Source of the DNA: a bacterium
GTDB lineage: Bacteria; Bacteroidota; Ignavibacteria; UBA10030
Assembly (NCBI GenBank): GCA_043803945.1
Contig: JAZDJN010000064.1
Location: forward strand, 1 to 64,000
Length of the DNA stretch: 64,000 nucleotides
Reading direction: 5' to 3'
Below the pieces are notes generated by a model. That model saw only the letters and a program-made list of their open reading frames with translations, was not told the DNA's origin and searched no databases. This document shows, piece by piece, positions 41,264-50,668 of this stretch. The position numbers and the translations under genes are program-made. Numbering within the stretch: position 1 is the first letter of the stretch; each line of letters opens with the position of its first letter.

Positions 41264-42873
41264 TGAAATATATCACGTTAATATTTTCATTCGCCCTTAC
41301 CTTTTTTCTCCTTTCGTGCTCACAACAGCAGGAGAAGAAAACAACGCAGGGAGCGGATGCCGTTGTGACACAGAGCGCTGAGTATTACACCTGTCCCATG
41401 CATCCATCCGTTATCTCAGATAAGCCGGGAGCCTGCCCGGTTTGCGGTATGGCGCTCGTAAAAAAAATGAAACCCCAGGAAACATCATCGAACGATATGG
41501 ACAATCTGAGGGCTGTAACACTTTCGCCAACGCAACGCGTACTTGCCAATGTTGCAACGGCTCCGGTTGAACGAACTTCATCCGTCAGGTCTGTTTCTGC
41601 CGTCGGCGTTGTCAGCTATGCTGAACCGAATCAGGCGAACGTATCGGCATGGTTTCGAGGACGAATCGAGAAGTTGTACGTTAACTACACCGGGCAGGAA
41701 ATAAAGAAAGGGCAGCCCCTCTTTGAATTGCACAGCCCCGATCTTATTTCCGCCGAGCAGGAGCTTATTCTTGCACAATCAAGCGCTGCTGTTTCGTCGG
41801 GGAATGATACAACGAGCCGCCAACGGACGCTGGAAGCTGCTCGTGAACGTTTGCATATTCATTTCGGTATGACCGACGAACAGATTGCGGAGACTGAAAA
41901 AATGAAACAACCTCGAATGAGCGTTACGTTTCATTCTCCCATTCACGGGACTGTGATTTCCAAAGAGGTGCAGGAAGGGCAATATGTTGACGAGGGCATG
42001 GTGCTATACCGGCTTGTCGATCTATCAAAAGTATGGATTTATCTCGATGTCTATGAAAAAGACATCAGATTCGTGAAGATGGGAACATCCGTCTACTTCA
42101 CGAGTGATACATATCCGAATGAACGATTTCATGGAACGGCGACCTTTATCGACCCGGTAATCAATGAAGAAACGCGAACGGTACGTGTTCGGATCGAATC
42201 AAATAATATCAACAAAAAATTGAAACCGAATATGTTTGTTCAGGCGACAATAACCGTGCCATTTACAAGCAACGTTCTTGTTCCTTCATCTGCGGTGATG
42301 CTGACAGGAAAACGTTCGGTCGTTTGGGTTGAAGTGAAACCCAATGTCTTTGAACCGCGTGATGTTGTCGTCGGAACTTCATCGGATACGAAATCTGAAA
42401 TTCTCAACGGATTGAATGAAGGCGAGCAGGTTGCTGTGAGCGGAGGGTTCCTCATTGATTCAGAGAGCGCACTACGTCAACCGACATCCGCGGATCCGCA
42501 CGCCGGACATCGGACACAAAAAGCGAACACAGCACAAACACCCGTGCCTTCATCAGATCAGGGCCACAATCATACAACGATGGAGTCTGATCAGGTAACG
42601 GATGTGAATATCACCGTTGATGGAAGTTATTCACCTGACACGATCCGTGTAAAGCTCGGGAAGAAAATACGATTGCATTTCACACGTCACGAAGATTCTG
42701 AATGCACAAGTGAGGTCATCTTTGACCAATTCAACATTCGCCGCAAACTTCCGCCTCATCAAACTGTGGATATTGAAATTACTCCTGCGAAACCTGGAAC
42801 ATATGATTTCCACTGCGGCATGGGTATGGTGCATGGTACTCTTATCGTTGATGATAAAGGAGTCCGGCGATGA
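41263..42873 (+). CDS. RND periplasmic adaptor (CusB-like) with N-terminal heavy-metal-binding and C-terminal cupredoxin-like domains
   Basis: YTCPMHP..PGACPVCGM, LKPNMF, FLIDSES, and C-terminal FHCGMGMVHG. Confidence 0.9.
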   Translation: MKYITLIFSFALTFFLLSCSQQQEKKTTQGADAVVTQSAEYYTCPMHPSVISDKPGACPVCGMALVKKMKPQETSSNDMDNLRAVTLSPTQRVLANVATAPVERTSSVRSVSAVGVVSYAEPNQANVSAWFRGRIEKLYVNYTGQEIKKGQPLFELHSPDLISAEQELILAQSSAAVSSGNDTTSRQRTLEAARERLHIHFGMTDEQIAETEKMKQPRMSVTFHSPIHGTVISKEVQEGQYVDEGMVLYRLVDLSKVWIYLDVYEKDIRFVKMGTSVYFTSDTYPNERFHGTATFIDPVINEETRTVRVRIESNNINKKLKPNMFVQATITVPFTSNVLVPSSAVMLTGKRSVVWVEVKPNVFEPRDVVVGTSSDTKSEILNGLNEGEQVAVSGGFLIDSESALRQPTSADPHAGHRTQKANTAQTPVPSSDQGHNHTTMESDQVTDVNITVDGSYSPDTIRVKLGKKIRLHFTRHEDSECTSEVIFDQFNIRRKLPPHQTVDIEITPAKPGTYDFHCGMGMVHGTLIVDDKGVRR

Positions 42874-45800
42874 TCGAAAAAATTATTGATTACTGCGCAC
42901 GCAACAAGTTTGTCGTGATTCTCTTTTACCTTATCATTATTGGCTGGGGCATCTGGGCTGTCGCCAATACACCGTTAGATGCAATCCCCGATCTTTCGGA
43001 GAATCAAGTCATTGTCTTTACAGAATGGATGGGACGTGCACCGAAATTGGTGGAAGATCAGATCACCTTTCCGCTGGTGACGGCGCTGCAGGGTGTTCCA
43101 CAAGTTCATGCAATTCGTGCAACATCGATGTTCGGGATGTCTTTCATCTATATTATTTTCAATGAATCGACTGATCCGTACTGGGCGCGCAGCCGGGTGC
43201 TGGAAAAACTCTCAACAATACAGTCCTCTCTGCCTCAAGGAGCAAAATTACAACTTGGCCCGGACGGCACCGGCGTCGGGCATGTATTCTGGTATACACT
43301 TGAAGGGAAGTACGATCTCGGAACGTTGAGAGCTATTCAGGATTGGTATGTGAAGTTGAATCTGCAAGGTGTACAGGGTGTTGCCGAGGTTGCATCGGTA
43401 GGCGGATTCGTGCGACAATATCAGGTGGATGTCAATCCGAACAAGATGAAAGCATACGGCATTACGCTTGCGGATATCAAAAATGGGATTATGCGTTCGA
43501 ACAACGATGTCGGCGGCAAGATACTAGAAATTTCCGATGCGGAATATTTTGTCCGGGGGCAGGGCTATATCCAGTCTCAACGCGACATTGAAAATATAGT
43601 CGTCGGTTCCGCAACGAGCGGCGTCCCTATTTACATTCGTAATATCGGCACGGTACAATTGGGCGGAGATATCCGGCGCGGTTCTATCGAGAAAGATGGT
43701 CAAGGCCAGGCCGTTGGCGGTATCGTTGTGATGCGGTATGGCGAGAATGCCAAAGAAGTTATTGACCACGTTAAGAAACGCATTGAGGAAATTACACCCG
43801 GATTGCCAAGCGGCGTTTCAATCAAAGCATCGTACGACAGAAGCAGCCTTATCGAGGCGGCTGTCGACACGTTGAAGCATGCACTCATCGAAGAGGCTAT
43901 CGTTGTCAGTCTCGTCGTGTTGTTGTTCCTGCTTCACTTCAGAAGTGTGTTGCGTATTATCATTGAGATTCCGGTTGCTGTATTGATCGCGTTTATCTGC
44001 ATGAAGCTTTTCGGTATTACGTCCAACATCATGTCGCTCGGAGGTATTGCTATCGCTATTGGTGTTATTGTGGATGCCTCCATCGTTCTTGTAGAAAATG
44101 CTTACAGGAATGTTGCACGGGCACAGGAGACAAAAGGAGCGCTGACGAAAGAGGATTTTATAGAAATATCGATTCTCTCCGCGAAACAGGTCGGCCCTGC
44201 TATATTTTATTCCGTTGCCATCATGGTTGTCTCCTTCCTTCCGGTGTTTCTCCTGGAGGGACAGGAGGGAAAACTCTTCAGGCCGTTGGCATTTACAAAA
44301 ACATTCGTACTTGCCGGCTCTGCAATCATTGCCATTACACTTGTACCGATGTTAATGACCATGCTGACACGAGGAAAATTCCGTACCGAAAATCAAAATC
44401 CCATTACTCGGATACTCAACCGTCTCTACGCCCCTGTCATCCACTGGGTGTTGAAATGGAGAAAAACAACCATCGCGTTCAATGTTATCGCACTTCTTGT
44501 GACAATCCCGATGATCATGAGCATGGGATCGGAATTTATGCCACCGCTGGATGAAGGAAGCTTGCTCTTCATGCCGGTCACCTTGCCCTCTGCTTCCATC
44601 ACGGAAGTCAATCGGATTCTCCAGGTGCAGGATGCAATTATCAAGTCTGTTCCAGAGGTGGAGACGGTTCTTGGCAAAGCCGGCAGAGCTGAGACTTCAA
44701 CAGATCCGGCGCCGGTGAGTATGATTGAATCGATAATTTTACTCAAACCAAAAAGCCAATGGCGGCCGGGCATCACCAAGAATGATATAATTTCTGAACT
44801 TGACTCGAAGCTGCAGATTCCCGGAGTGCGTAACGGTTGGACACAACCGATTATCAACCGGATTAACATGCTTTCGACCGGTGTACGAACGGATCTTGGC
44901 GTAAAGATATTCGGAAAAGATCTTGATACACTGGAACAACTTGCCATCGAATCTGAGCAAATACTCAGGAAGGTGCCTGGTGCAGCCGATCTCTATGCTG
45001 AACGTACGCAGGGTGGGCTCTTTGTTGATATCAACATTAATCGTGAAGCTGTCGCTCGATACGGCATTAATGTGGGCGACGTACAGGATGTGATTGAAAC
45101 GGCTGTGGGTGGTGAGAATATCGGCACTGTTATCGACGGACGGCAGCGCTTTCCTATCCGAGTGCGGTACGAACGGGACTACAGAAACAACATAGAGGCG
45201 CTGAAGAACCTTCTTGTCCCCGTCAATGTTGGAGGCGGATTATCGATGCAGACACAAGCCTCTTCGGCTGGAATGGGAAGCAGTATGGGGTCTCCAGGCA
45301 GTTCCTCAATGAGTGCTTCTGCGTCACCAATAAAACCTGCCCGATCGGCAGGCGGGCAAGCACCAATCGCAAATTCCCCATCGTCATTGCCGCGGGTGTC
45401 ATCGCGGACATATATACCGCTTGGACAGTTAGCAAGCGTCGAAATTGTTCCCGGGCCTCCGATGATTTCCAGTGAAGATGCTCAACTCCGTTCAATTGTT
45501 TTTTTAAATGTGCGCGGACGCGATATGGGTGGATTTGTGGAAGAAGCCAAAAATGTTCTCCTCAACGAGCTTCGCCTGCCTGCCGGTTACACCCTTCAAT
45601 GGAGCGGTCAGTGGGAAAATCAGGTTCGTGCAAAGAAACGTATGGAATTATTGATGCCGATTGTTTTCCTTATCATTTTCGTGATGTTGTATTTTACGAC
45701 GAAGGATTTTACCGAAGCAGCAGTTGTCATGCTCTCTGTTCCATTTGCACTTATCGGTGGCGTATATCTCGTATATTTGCTCGGATACAATTTATCCGTG

Positions 45801-46220
45801 GCGGTGTGGGTTGGATTCATCGCTCTGTATGGTCTTGCGGTAGAAACTGGCGTTGTTATGGTCATCTATCTGCACGAGTCATTGGACAGGAGAATTCATG
45901 CCCATCAATCCGGGAAGCGCGGAGCGATAACGATGCAGGATATTTACGATGCAACGGTCGAAGGTTCTGTGTTGCGTCTACGCCCAAAAATAATGACTGT
46001 TGGAACAGCGATGATTGGTCTAATTCCCATTATGTGGAGCACCGGCGTTGGTGCCGATGTCATGCAGCCCCTTGCAGCGCCAATGATCGGAGGATTGATC
46101 ACATCCACCATCCATGTCCTCGTCGTTACACCGATTCTTTTCAGTTACATGAAAGAATACGCGTTGAAGAAGGGGACATTAGAGATGTCCAAGATGGCAA
46201 GCTGGATGAAAGAAGAATAA
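42870..46220 (+). CDS. cusA: CusA/CzcA family heavy-metal RND efflux transporter
   Basis: DAIPDLSENQVIV, GPDGTGVGH, GSEFMPPLDEG, RINMLSTG, LRLRPKIMT. Confidence 0.93.
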   Translation: MIEKIIDYCARNKFVVILFYLIIIGWGIWAVANTPLDAIPDLSENQVIVFTEWMGRAPKLVEDQITFPLVTALQGVPQVHAIRATSMFGMSFIYIIFNESTDPYWARSRVLEKLSTIQSSLPQGAKLQLGPDGTGVGHVFWYTLEGKYDLGTLRAIQDWYVKLNLQGVQGVAEVASVGGFVRQYQVDVNPNKMKAYGITLADIKNGIMRSNNDVGGKILEISDAEYFVRGQGYIQSQRDIENIVVGSATSGVPIYIRNIGTVQLGGDIRRGSIEKDGQGQAVGGIVVMRYGENAKEVIDHVKKRIEEITPGLPSGVSIKASYDRSSLIEAAVDTLKHALIEEAIVVSLVVLLFLLHFRSVLRIIIEIPVAVLIAFICMKLFGITSNIMSLGGIAIAIGVIVDASIVLVENAYRNVARAQETKGALTKEDFIEISILSAKQVGPAIFYSVAIMVVSFLPVFLLEGQEGKLFRPLAFTKTFVLAGSAIIAITLVPMLMTMLTRGKFRTENQNPITRILNRLYAPVIHWVLKWRKTTIAFNVIALLVTIPMIMSMGSEFMPPLDEGSLLFMPVTLPSASITEVNRILQVQDAIIKSVPEVETVLGKAGRAETSTDPAPVSMIESIILLKPKSQWRPGITKNDIISELDSKLQIPGVRNGWTQPIINRINMLSTGVRTDLGVKIFGKDLDTLEQLAIESEQILRKVPGAADLYAERTQGGLFVDININREAVARYGINVGDVQDVIETAVGGENIGTVIDGRQRFPIRVRYERDYRNNIEALKNLLVPVNVGGGLSMQTQASSAGMGSSMGSPGSSSMSASASPIKPARSAGGQAPIANSPSSLPRVSSRTYIPLGQLASVEIVPGPPMISSEDAQLRSIVFLNVRGRDMGGFVEEAKNVLLNELRLPAGYTLQWSGQWENQVRAKKRMELLMPIVFLIIFVMLYFTTKDFTEAAVVMLSVPFALIGGVYLVYLLGYNLSVAVWVGFIALYGLAVETGVVMVIYLHESLDRRIHAHQSGKRGAITMQDIYDATVEGSVLRLRPKIMTVGTAMIGLIPIMWSTGVGADVMQPLAAPMIGGLITSTIHVLVVTPILFSYMKEYALKKGTLEMSKMASWMKEE

Positions 46221-46262
46221 CAGTAATTAATTCAATCAAAACCAATACATAAGGAGTACTAC

Positions 46263-46520
46263 ATGAAACGATTCACACTGTTGTTTGCTCTCCTCATCAT
46301 CGGTGGTGTAATAGCCAATGCAATTGCACAGGGTTAGTAACAATCTAAAACCGGTCCAAAAATGGACCAGACAAAAAAACAGACGAAAGAAACCTATGCC
46401 TGCCCGATGCATTCTGAAGTTGTTTCTGATAGACCTGGCAAATGTCCCAAGTGCGGAATGAAGCTTCGGAAAGTTAAAGTATCCTCTTCTGCAAAAAAAG
46501 GCCATAAAGAACGGAGCTGA
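46263..46520 (+). pseudogene. Secreted heavy-metal-binding domain protein with in-frame TAG TAA
   Basis: AGGAG RBS, MKRFTLLF signal peptide, stops at 46335-46340, then in-frame YACPMHSEVVSDRPGKCPKCGMKL. Confidence 0.75.
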
Positions 46521-46530
46521 AAGGTGCAGG

Positions 46531-47850
46531 TTAAAGGAATGTGAACAAAAATGCGCAGAGAAATCCGGCAATGGTTGCCAGGCCGACCGAGGGGCCGCCA
46601 TCTTCGTACGCTTCGGGCATCATCACAGAGGAGACCATAGCGAGTATTCCTCCGCCGGCTATTGCTTCTACCAATGCAATGAGCGTGGGCGGCGCAGCGG
46701 AGAGATAAAGGTTGCCAACAGCCGCAGCAACCGCTCCGAACAACATCAGAACCCCCCAGAGTGTAAATATTCGTTTTGTACTGAATCCCGCATGCTGCAT
46801 GCCGACGGCACTCGACATCGCTTCGGGCAGATTGGCAAGGAAGACAGCGATAAGGAAGGTAAACTTGAACGACTCCAGCGATGTGTAACTCGATCCGATA
46901 ACGATCGACTCTGGAATGCCGTCAAGCATGGCGCCGAGAAAGATTGCCAGCGGTGCAACCGACTCAACATTTTTTTTGATCATGCTGAGTTCGTCGCTTT
47001 TGGAAATCCGCTGAATGTTCGCAACGGCAATATGCTGCCAGAGGCCCGCATCCAATCGTCCCTTCGACACTTCAACGTTCTTCAGCAGACGCTGAGTGGA
47101 CAATTGTTCAACCGCCACCCGAAGCCGCGGCGAATGATCCATCAATTCATCAAACAACTCTTTTTCAATCTTTAGAAGCGACGTCTCTTCAACCGCAATG
47201 GCTGTGGCAGAACGGGGCTCTCCGGAGAGAAGTGCAATCTCTCCAAAGGATTGGCCGGGTCCCAGTCTGGCAAACGGTGCTTCATTCTCTCTGGATTGAT
47301 CGGTAAGAATATCAACATGCCCTTCATCGATACAATACAGTGCATCCGCCTTATCGCCCTGTCGGAAAATTGCCTCGCCTGAGCGTACCTTGACTGGTTG
47401 AATACATGACAGCACGTCTTCCATTTCTTCGGGCGGCAGGGAGCGGACCAGTTCAATTTTTGAGAGGCGTTCCAGAATTGCTACAGACTCACTGCGCTTT
47501 TTATTGATGAGGAAGGCTTTTGTCAATGCCGGGTGTCGGAGCGCCGCACCACGCCGCTCGAGCATGCGGTTTGCGAGATAGTAGACAACACCTCCTGTGA
47601 TAAAACCAATGGTAACCCAGAACCAACTTTCAATTCCTGTAAGGTGTGCCTTGTGTATCAGTTGCTCGGCATTATCGTAGGCTAGCTCCAATGCAACTGC
47701 CTGAATCAGTGCTCCGGTGCCAAACGCCATGACGATCGCGTTGACCCGCTGTGAAGGATGAGAGAAAACTCCGATGAGCGCACCGATCACAAGCGCGGAC
47801 ATTGCCAGAACTGCCATCGCTGTAGCGCCAAGAACAACATCAAACTGCAA
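46531..47850 (-). CDS. ZIP-family metal transporter with an inserted cyclic-nucleotide-binding domain
   Basis: MAFGTGALI; IFRQGD..SFGEIALL..PRSATA (cNMP); LDGIPES and NLPEA (ZIP TM4/TM5). TTG start after AGGAG. Confidence 0.82.
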   Translation of the reverse strand: MQFDVVLGATAMAVLAMSALVIGALIGVFSHPSQRVNAIVMAFGTGALIQAVALELAYDNAEQLIHKAHLTGIESWFWVTIGFITGGVVYYLANRMLERRGAALRHPALTKAFLINKKRSESVAILERLSKIELVRSLPPEEMEDVLSCIQPVKVRSGEAIFRQGDKADALYCIDEGHVDILTDQSRENEAPFARLGPGQSFGEIALLSGEPRSATAIAVEETSLLKIEKELFDELMDHSPRLRVAVEQLSTQRLLKNVEVSKGRLDAGLWQHIAVANIQRISKSDELSMIKKNVESVAPLAIFLGAMLDGIPESIVIGSSYTSLESFKFTFLIAVFLANLPEAMSSAVGMQHAGFSTKRIFTLWGVLMLFGAVAAAVGNLYLSAAPPTLIALVEAIAGGGILAMVSSVMMPEAYEDGGPSVGLATIAGFLCAFLFTFL

Positions 47851-48180
47851 GAGAGATTCTCCTATCCCACGAGTTGTTGAATATGAGAAGAATAAGTGCG
47901 TTGCTGCGTCGTAAAATACTTCCTTTTCCTGCAAGTCGCAATTCATTGACCAGGATTAGCAGGATTAAAAGATTTACAGGATTAAAAAGATTTGCCACGA
48001 AGGCAAAGTGAAAACAGAAACGGATAAATGGTTTGGGGAAATGTATCGTTGTCACAACAGTGACAAACAATTCTATGTCCTTTGTGCTCTCTGTGGCTAA
48101 TCTAATTGTATCTATTCATTCATCTCTGTAGATTATCGCCAGACGATGAATTCAACGAGCCTCACTCAAGGAATTGTCCT

Positions 48181-49521
48181 ATGGATCAGACCATCATTAA
48201 GAACCGGAGAATACGGCTCTTTGCAGTCGTGCTCCTTCTTCTGAATGCTTTCGCAACTGAGTCACTGCTCCGGTCGCAGGAAAAAAACTCTACAGCGCTC
48301 GCGACTGAAATTCTTGCCGATACGACACTTCCCGCAGCCCTGACCCTGGCAAAGGAAACACTCCGTTCAGGATTCGTTGCCGGTTCGGGGTACGATGAGG
48401 TGTGGATTCGCGACCTTAATACGTTCATTCTGCTGTCACTTCAACTGCTTGATCCGGAACGTGTGGAACATCAACTACGAATGTTCCTCCGGTTCCAGAG
48501 CGACGAGGGGGAAATTGTCGATGGTTTTGTGCCGGACTCGCTTTCAAGTGTGCCTTACCAATACATTCGGAATAGAAGTATTTCGAGATATGCCGCTCAT
48601 AAAAACACCGTCGCTACCGATCAAGAGGCCTCACTCGTCCAGGCGGTATGGAAATATGTTCACGCCACAGGTAACCGCGCCTTCCTCGAAACCCGGGTTG
48701 ATAGCATTCGGGTTATCGACCGGCTTGAAAAAGCATTGTTCTTCCTCCTCGGATATCGATACTCGATGATGTATGGATTGCTCTGGGGTGCTACAACTGT
48801 CGACTGGGGCGACGTTCAGCCGGAACATCCCTGGGGTGTTGAACTGGATGGCGACACCCATTATGCCGTCGATGTTTATGATAACGCTATGATGCTCATT
48901 GCCATTCAGAATTTCCTCATGCTCTCGCCCGAGAATCCACGCCGATCGTTCTGGGAGGGATGGCACGATCGGATTAAACGAAATGTCCGCACGAAACTCT
49001 GGGACGGGACCAAATTCATTCCGCATCTCTATATTGACGGCTCTCCGTTTCCGTCAACATTCAACGAACGAGAACTTTATTACCATGGAGGCACGGCTGT
49101 TGCGATTGAGGCAGGTCTGCTGACACGCGAAGAAATCCAGCGTTCACTTGCCATCATGCGCAGTAATGTCCGGCAGGCAGGTGCAAGCTCGATTGGGCTC
49201 ACACTTCATCCTGTATATCCCATGGGATTTTTCAAGAACTCTGCACTTGTCCCTTACAGCTACCAGAATGGCGGCGACTGGCCATGGTTTGGCGGACGCA
49301 TGGTCCAGGCGTTGATCACCCATGGGTTTGTTGAGGATGCCTATTTCGAACTGAAGCCCATGGTTGCCCATGCACTTCGCAATCGCGGATACTATGAGTG
49401 GTATACCTTGAAGGGCGAGCCGAAAGGTTCCGGAACATTCCGCGGCGCAGCCGGCGTTGTCGGTAAGGCTATTCAGATGCTTCTGGAATGGGCGCAGGCA
49501 GAACAGGAAGGAAAGAAGTAA
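48181..49521 (+). CDS. Six-hairpin glycosidase-like protein
   Basis: YDEVWIRD, DWGD, YQNGGDWPW, YEWY motifs. Confidence 0.65.
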   Translation: MDQTIIKNRRIRLFAVVLLLLNAFATESLLRSQEKNSTALATEILADTTLPAALTLAKETLRSGFVAGSGYDEVWIRDLNTFILLSLQLLDPERVEHQLRMFLRFQSDEGEIVDGFVPDSLSSVPYQYIRNRSISRYAAHKNTVATDQEASLVQAVWKYVHATGNRAFLETRVDSIRVIDRLEKALFFLLGYRYSMMYGLLWGATTVDWGDVQPEHPWGVELDGDTHYAVDVYDNAMMLIAIQNFLMLSPENPRRSFWEGWHDRIKRNVRTKLWDGTKFIPHLYIDGSPFPSTFNERELYYHGGTAVAIEAGLLTREEIQRSLAIMRSNVRQAGASSIGLTLHPVYPMGFFKNSALVPYSYQNGGDWPWFGGRMVQALITHGFVEDAYFELKPMVAHALRNRGYYEWYTLKGEPKGSGTFRGAAGVVGKAIQMLLEWAQAEQEGKK

Positions 49522-49650
49522 CAGCTTTGAATAATAAACCGCCCTGCCTGCCGAAGTGCCTTCGGCACGCAGGCAGGCATGACGCCAAGACCGCCAAAAA
49601 TGCCAACAGAATTAATAGAGTAAAAGAAGAATCACTTTCGATAACGATGT

Positions 49651-50568
49651 TCATTCTGGATGGTGAAGCACGGTTTCATGAACACTGCTGTTGATCAAAC
49701 CTTTCAAGAGATTCATGTTTTCAACATCTTCTTTCATATCCTCGCCCTTTGGGGTTTCGAGAATTTTCGGTGTGTGTGCAAACCGTTCATCGTTCATCAA
49801 CATGCGAAACCCAACAAGGCCAATCGCTCCTTTACCGATGTGTTCATGCCGATCAACCCGCGACCCGAGCCCGCGTTTCGAGTCATTGACATGGAATGCC
49901 GCCAATCGTTTAAATCCCACGACATGATCGAACTCTTTCATCGTTCGTTCATATCCCTGCTCTGTAGAAAGATCGTAACCGGCAGCAAAGATATGGCAAG
50001 TATCGATTGTGACCGCCATTCGCCTCTTGTTCTCCACGAGATCGATAATTCGGCGCAACTCCTCAAAGCGATGGCCAATGGACGTGCCTTGACCCGCGGT
50101 CGCCTCAAGAACACTCTTCACCCGATATCCCTTTGTCCGTTCATGGATGAGGTTTAACGATTCTGCAATGCGTTCGATTCCTGCCTCCTCCCCGGCACCC
50201 ATATGAGAACCGGGGTGAAAATTAAGATACTGAATGCCGAGCCCTTCACACCGATTGAGTTCATCGATGAGTGTCTCGCGGGACTTTTTCAGAATCCGTA
50301 TATTCGTTGCACAAAGATTAATCAGGTACGTGCTGTGGGCGACAACGGGCGCCACGCCGGATTGTTCGATCAATCGTTTGAAGTGTGCGCGTACTTCGTC
50401 ATCGATCGTCGTCCCCTTCCACTGTGTATTGTTTTTCACAAACATGGATATTGTTGTGCAGCCGATACGCATGGCACGCTCCACCGCGGTGTGGACGCCG
50501 CCGGCAATGGACATATGGGCACCAAGCAGCAACGGTTGGGATTGAGGTAATGGCTGATTCATCATCAC
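49651..50568 (-). CDS. nfo: Endonuclease IV
   Basis: GAHMSIAGG, NFHPGSH, DTCH, HVNDSK, DRHEHIG, ILETP. Confidence 0.96.
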   Translation of the reverse strand: MMMNQPLPQSQPLLLGAHMSIAGGVHTAVERAMRIGCTTISMFVKNNTQWKGTTIDDEVRAHFKRLIEQSGVAPVVAHSTYLINLCATNIRILKKSRETLIDELNRCEGLGIQYLNFHPGSHMGAGEEAGIERIAESLNLIHERTKGYRVKSVLEATAGQGTSIGHRFEELRRIIDLVENKRRMAVTIDTCHIFAAGYDLSTEQGYERTMKEFDHVVGFKRLAAFHVNDSKRGLGSRVDRHEHIGKGAIGLVGFRMLMNDERFAHTPKILETPKGEDMKEDVENMNLLKGLINSSVHETVLHHPE

Positions 50569-50668
50569 AATGATGTGGGATAGATGTTAGTGAACTCTTT
50601 TATTATTCGGTGATTATGCGTGTGCCATCGGTGGTGAAAGATGCTCTATTACCTGTTATGCTGAGCAA

